NCBI GenBank assembly: GCA_951406725.2
Contig: OX597821.1
Location: 84,940,001-85,004,000, forward strand
DNA: 64,000 bases
Source of the DNA: Octopus vulgaris
Taxonomy: Eukaryota
Direction: 5' to 3'
Shown here: in pieces, positions 61,425 through 64,000 of the stretch
Layout: the number at the start of each line of letters is the position of its first letter
How positions within the stretch are numbered: the first letter of the stretch is position 1
Position numbers and translations under genes: made by a program
Notes under the pieces: model-generated
Told to the model about the DNA's origin: nothing
What the model saw: only the letters and a program-made list of their open reading frames with translations
The model's database searches: none

Positions 61425-61645
61425 TATTTATGCGTCCTTTTAAAGCCTAGCCAGGCTCATGGGTCCGGTTTTCCGGTTTCTGTGGCGTATGTGTTCCCCG
61501 CCAGATGGACGGGACGCCAGTCCATCGCACCGTTACTCAAGAAACAGGAAGAGAGAGTGAGAGAAAGTTGTGGCGAAAGAGTATAACAGGGGTCGCTACC
61601 ACCCCCTGCCGGATTCTCGTGGAACTTTTAGGTGTTTTCGCTCAA
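61425..61645 (-). mobile_element. Family C core with the tail of the 7093 SINE
   Basis: Core matches 24840-24945; tail matches 7245-7340. Confidence 0.75.
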
Positions 61646-61779
61646 TATATGGCACTTGGTGAAGAATGGAGTTTGATGTAGCTACTCTCATTTGCACCTC
61701 TTGCCGTGAGGTAGGTTCATCAGGGACTCTCGACAGGAAGAGGTCCAGCCTTGATTTGAAAACGCCTACATATATATAT

Positions 61780-62320
<541 letters not shown>

Positions 62321-64000
62321 TCAGGGTGAATACTTGATAATTGTAAGCACCTGTATATACCATATATATAAAAGAAATTTACAATGCGATCGAGGATAGA
62401 AAAATAGGTAATGTGTGTATACACATATTTCGATGCGTTTGGTCTTTCTCCTTCCGTTGAAGGGACGTGTTTCAATGATCAGACGGTCCATGTACGGCCA
62501 ACACATGCCGTAACTAATGATGCACAGACGTTCGCTGCGGTTGTAACTTTTCCAGCAATTGCTTGACAGTGAATAAGTGTGCTTGTCATTTGTCAGACAG
62601 ATATTTCCACAGCTCGTCCTCTTTGATAAAGATGTAGTCCTGCCTCAGGCAGAGACCAAGATTGAACACTTGGTATCTGGAATGCCATCAAGCTCTCACA
62701 GCCGTCTAACAGTCGAGCAGTCCGTTCACTAGAAGTACTGTTATTTCCTATAGAGGGTTAGTGTCGGAGGGAGAGTTATGACTTTTTTGGAGAGACTCTA
62801 AGTGGATGCTATTAGACGAATAGAGGATACAGAGAAAAAATTAGACGTAACATGTCAAAGAGAAATTACACACGTTGGGAATAAAATGAGAGAATATTAT
62901 TAAGCAGCTTGTAGAAAACCGCCGGTCTTTCTACAGTATAGATATAACACAAAATCCAATACAGGGGGCGAAGTCGTAGTCTACGACGGCAAAAGTTGCA
63001 TTTATTGGTAATGGTTTAAATTATCAAGTGCGTATCCTATATGGAGAGGAGTCTCCGACATGTCGGACAGAGCCCTGATGTCGACAAAGAAAAAGATCAA
63101 ACTTTTCTTCGTCCTTAATCCGAAATTTTAGCTTATAGATTACTAGTCTGTGAGCCGTTTTGCTTAGTTTAACAAAAAGACATTGCCATTTTAGATTCAT
63201 CAATGACAAGCGTTTGATTTTTACCAATCAAAAAATTGGGGGTATTTTTAAACCGATGTTTCAGCTATTTAAAAGGGAAACCAAACTGTTTGCAAACAGC
63301 ACACTGACATTTTATTAAACCGACAGCTGTATAATTTCGTTCTCTTAAGCTTGTAAAATTCTACCAGAACGTTACCTCGACAGAGTATTTTCTACCAGTT
63401 TAGTGCACGTATATTTATTTGGTTTTTCTTTTAACTGAAACCCATTTATCTGTTTGCACTTATTTGACTCTACAACAGAAGTTATGTTATTAACATGAAC
63501 ACATTTTATGCACGTTATCGATATTATCCAATTTACGTAAAAAAAAAACACGAAAATAATAGCTATGTTCAGTCTCATACTCACATTTATATAGACTTAC
63601 CATTATCGTTATCTATTTCTTTTTCACTGCTGTAAATTCAAATGGCTTTATCTGCTTCTATAATTATGTCTGAAATCTACTCTGTATTAACATGTATTCT
63701 CAAATCAGGTCCTGTGGTTTGAATATGTACAATTATTATATAGTCTGAAGAAATCTATATTTTCTTCTGCATCAGGAAATCGGGGAGAATTTTCCCGGTA
63801 ATTCATTTTGCAGTTTCATAAATCTATAATCCATTCTCACAATTCCATTCACATCCACAATTATACAAACCATAATTTTTAATATTTTGTTTATATCTAA
63901 CTCACAATGGCTTTCGGGTGGAGAAATGTCTCCTTAAAAAAATTAGTGTAAATAAAAACTTAAAACTTAGATAAACTTAGATATGTTTCGACCAATGATT

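Noticed and set aside
62500-64000. Possible coding or transposase remnant at window end
   Set aside because: No sustained frame or motif I can recognise

Overview
AT-rich, repeat-saturated animal genomic DNA. The SINE families and the (TA)n/(CATA)n/(GATA)n density point to an octopus (Octopus-like cephalopod); that call is from recognition, not a database search. No intact host gene is evident, and nearly all long ORFs are microsatellite or minisatellite artefacts. The window holds decayed Penelope-like RT, RTE-like LINE and R4/Dong-like RLE retrotransposon remnants, near-full-length dead Tc1 and mariner copies, an internally deleted Tigger/pogo, Tc2- and Merlin-type MITEs, and dozens of tRNA-derived SINEs. 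The most notable signal is a set of unrelated short non-coding elements, mostly embedded in microsatellites, that carry type I hammerhead ribozyme folds and have direct or fold-back terminal repeats (Penelope pLTR / retrozyme-like). Also present are a permuted inverted duplication (44.3-51.8 kb), a very young 47-bp x ~33 minisatellite, and a CpG-rich promoter-like patch near 42 kb with weak candidate exons on the minus strand.
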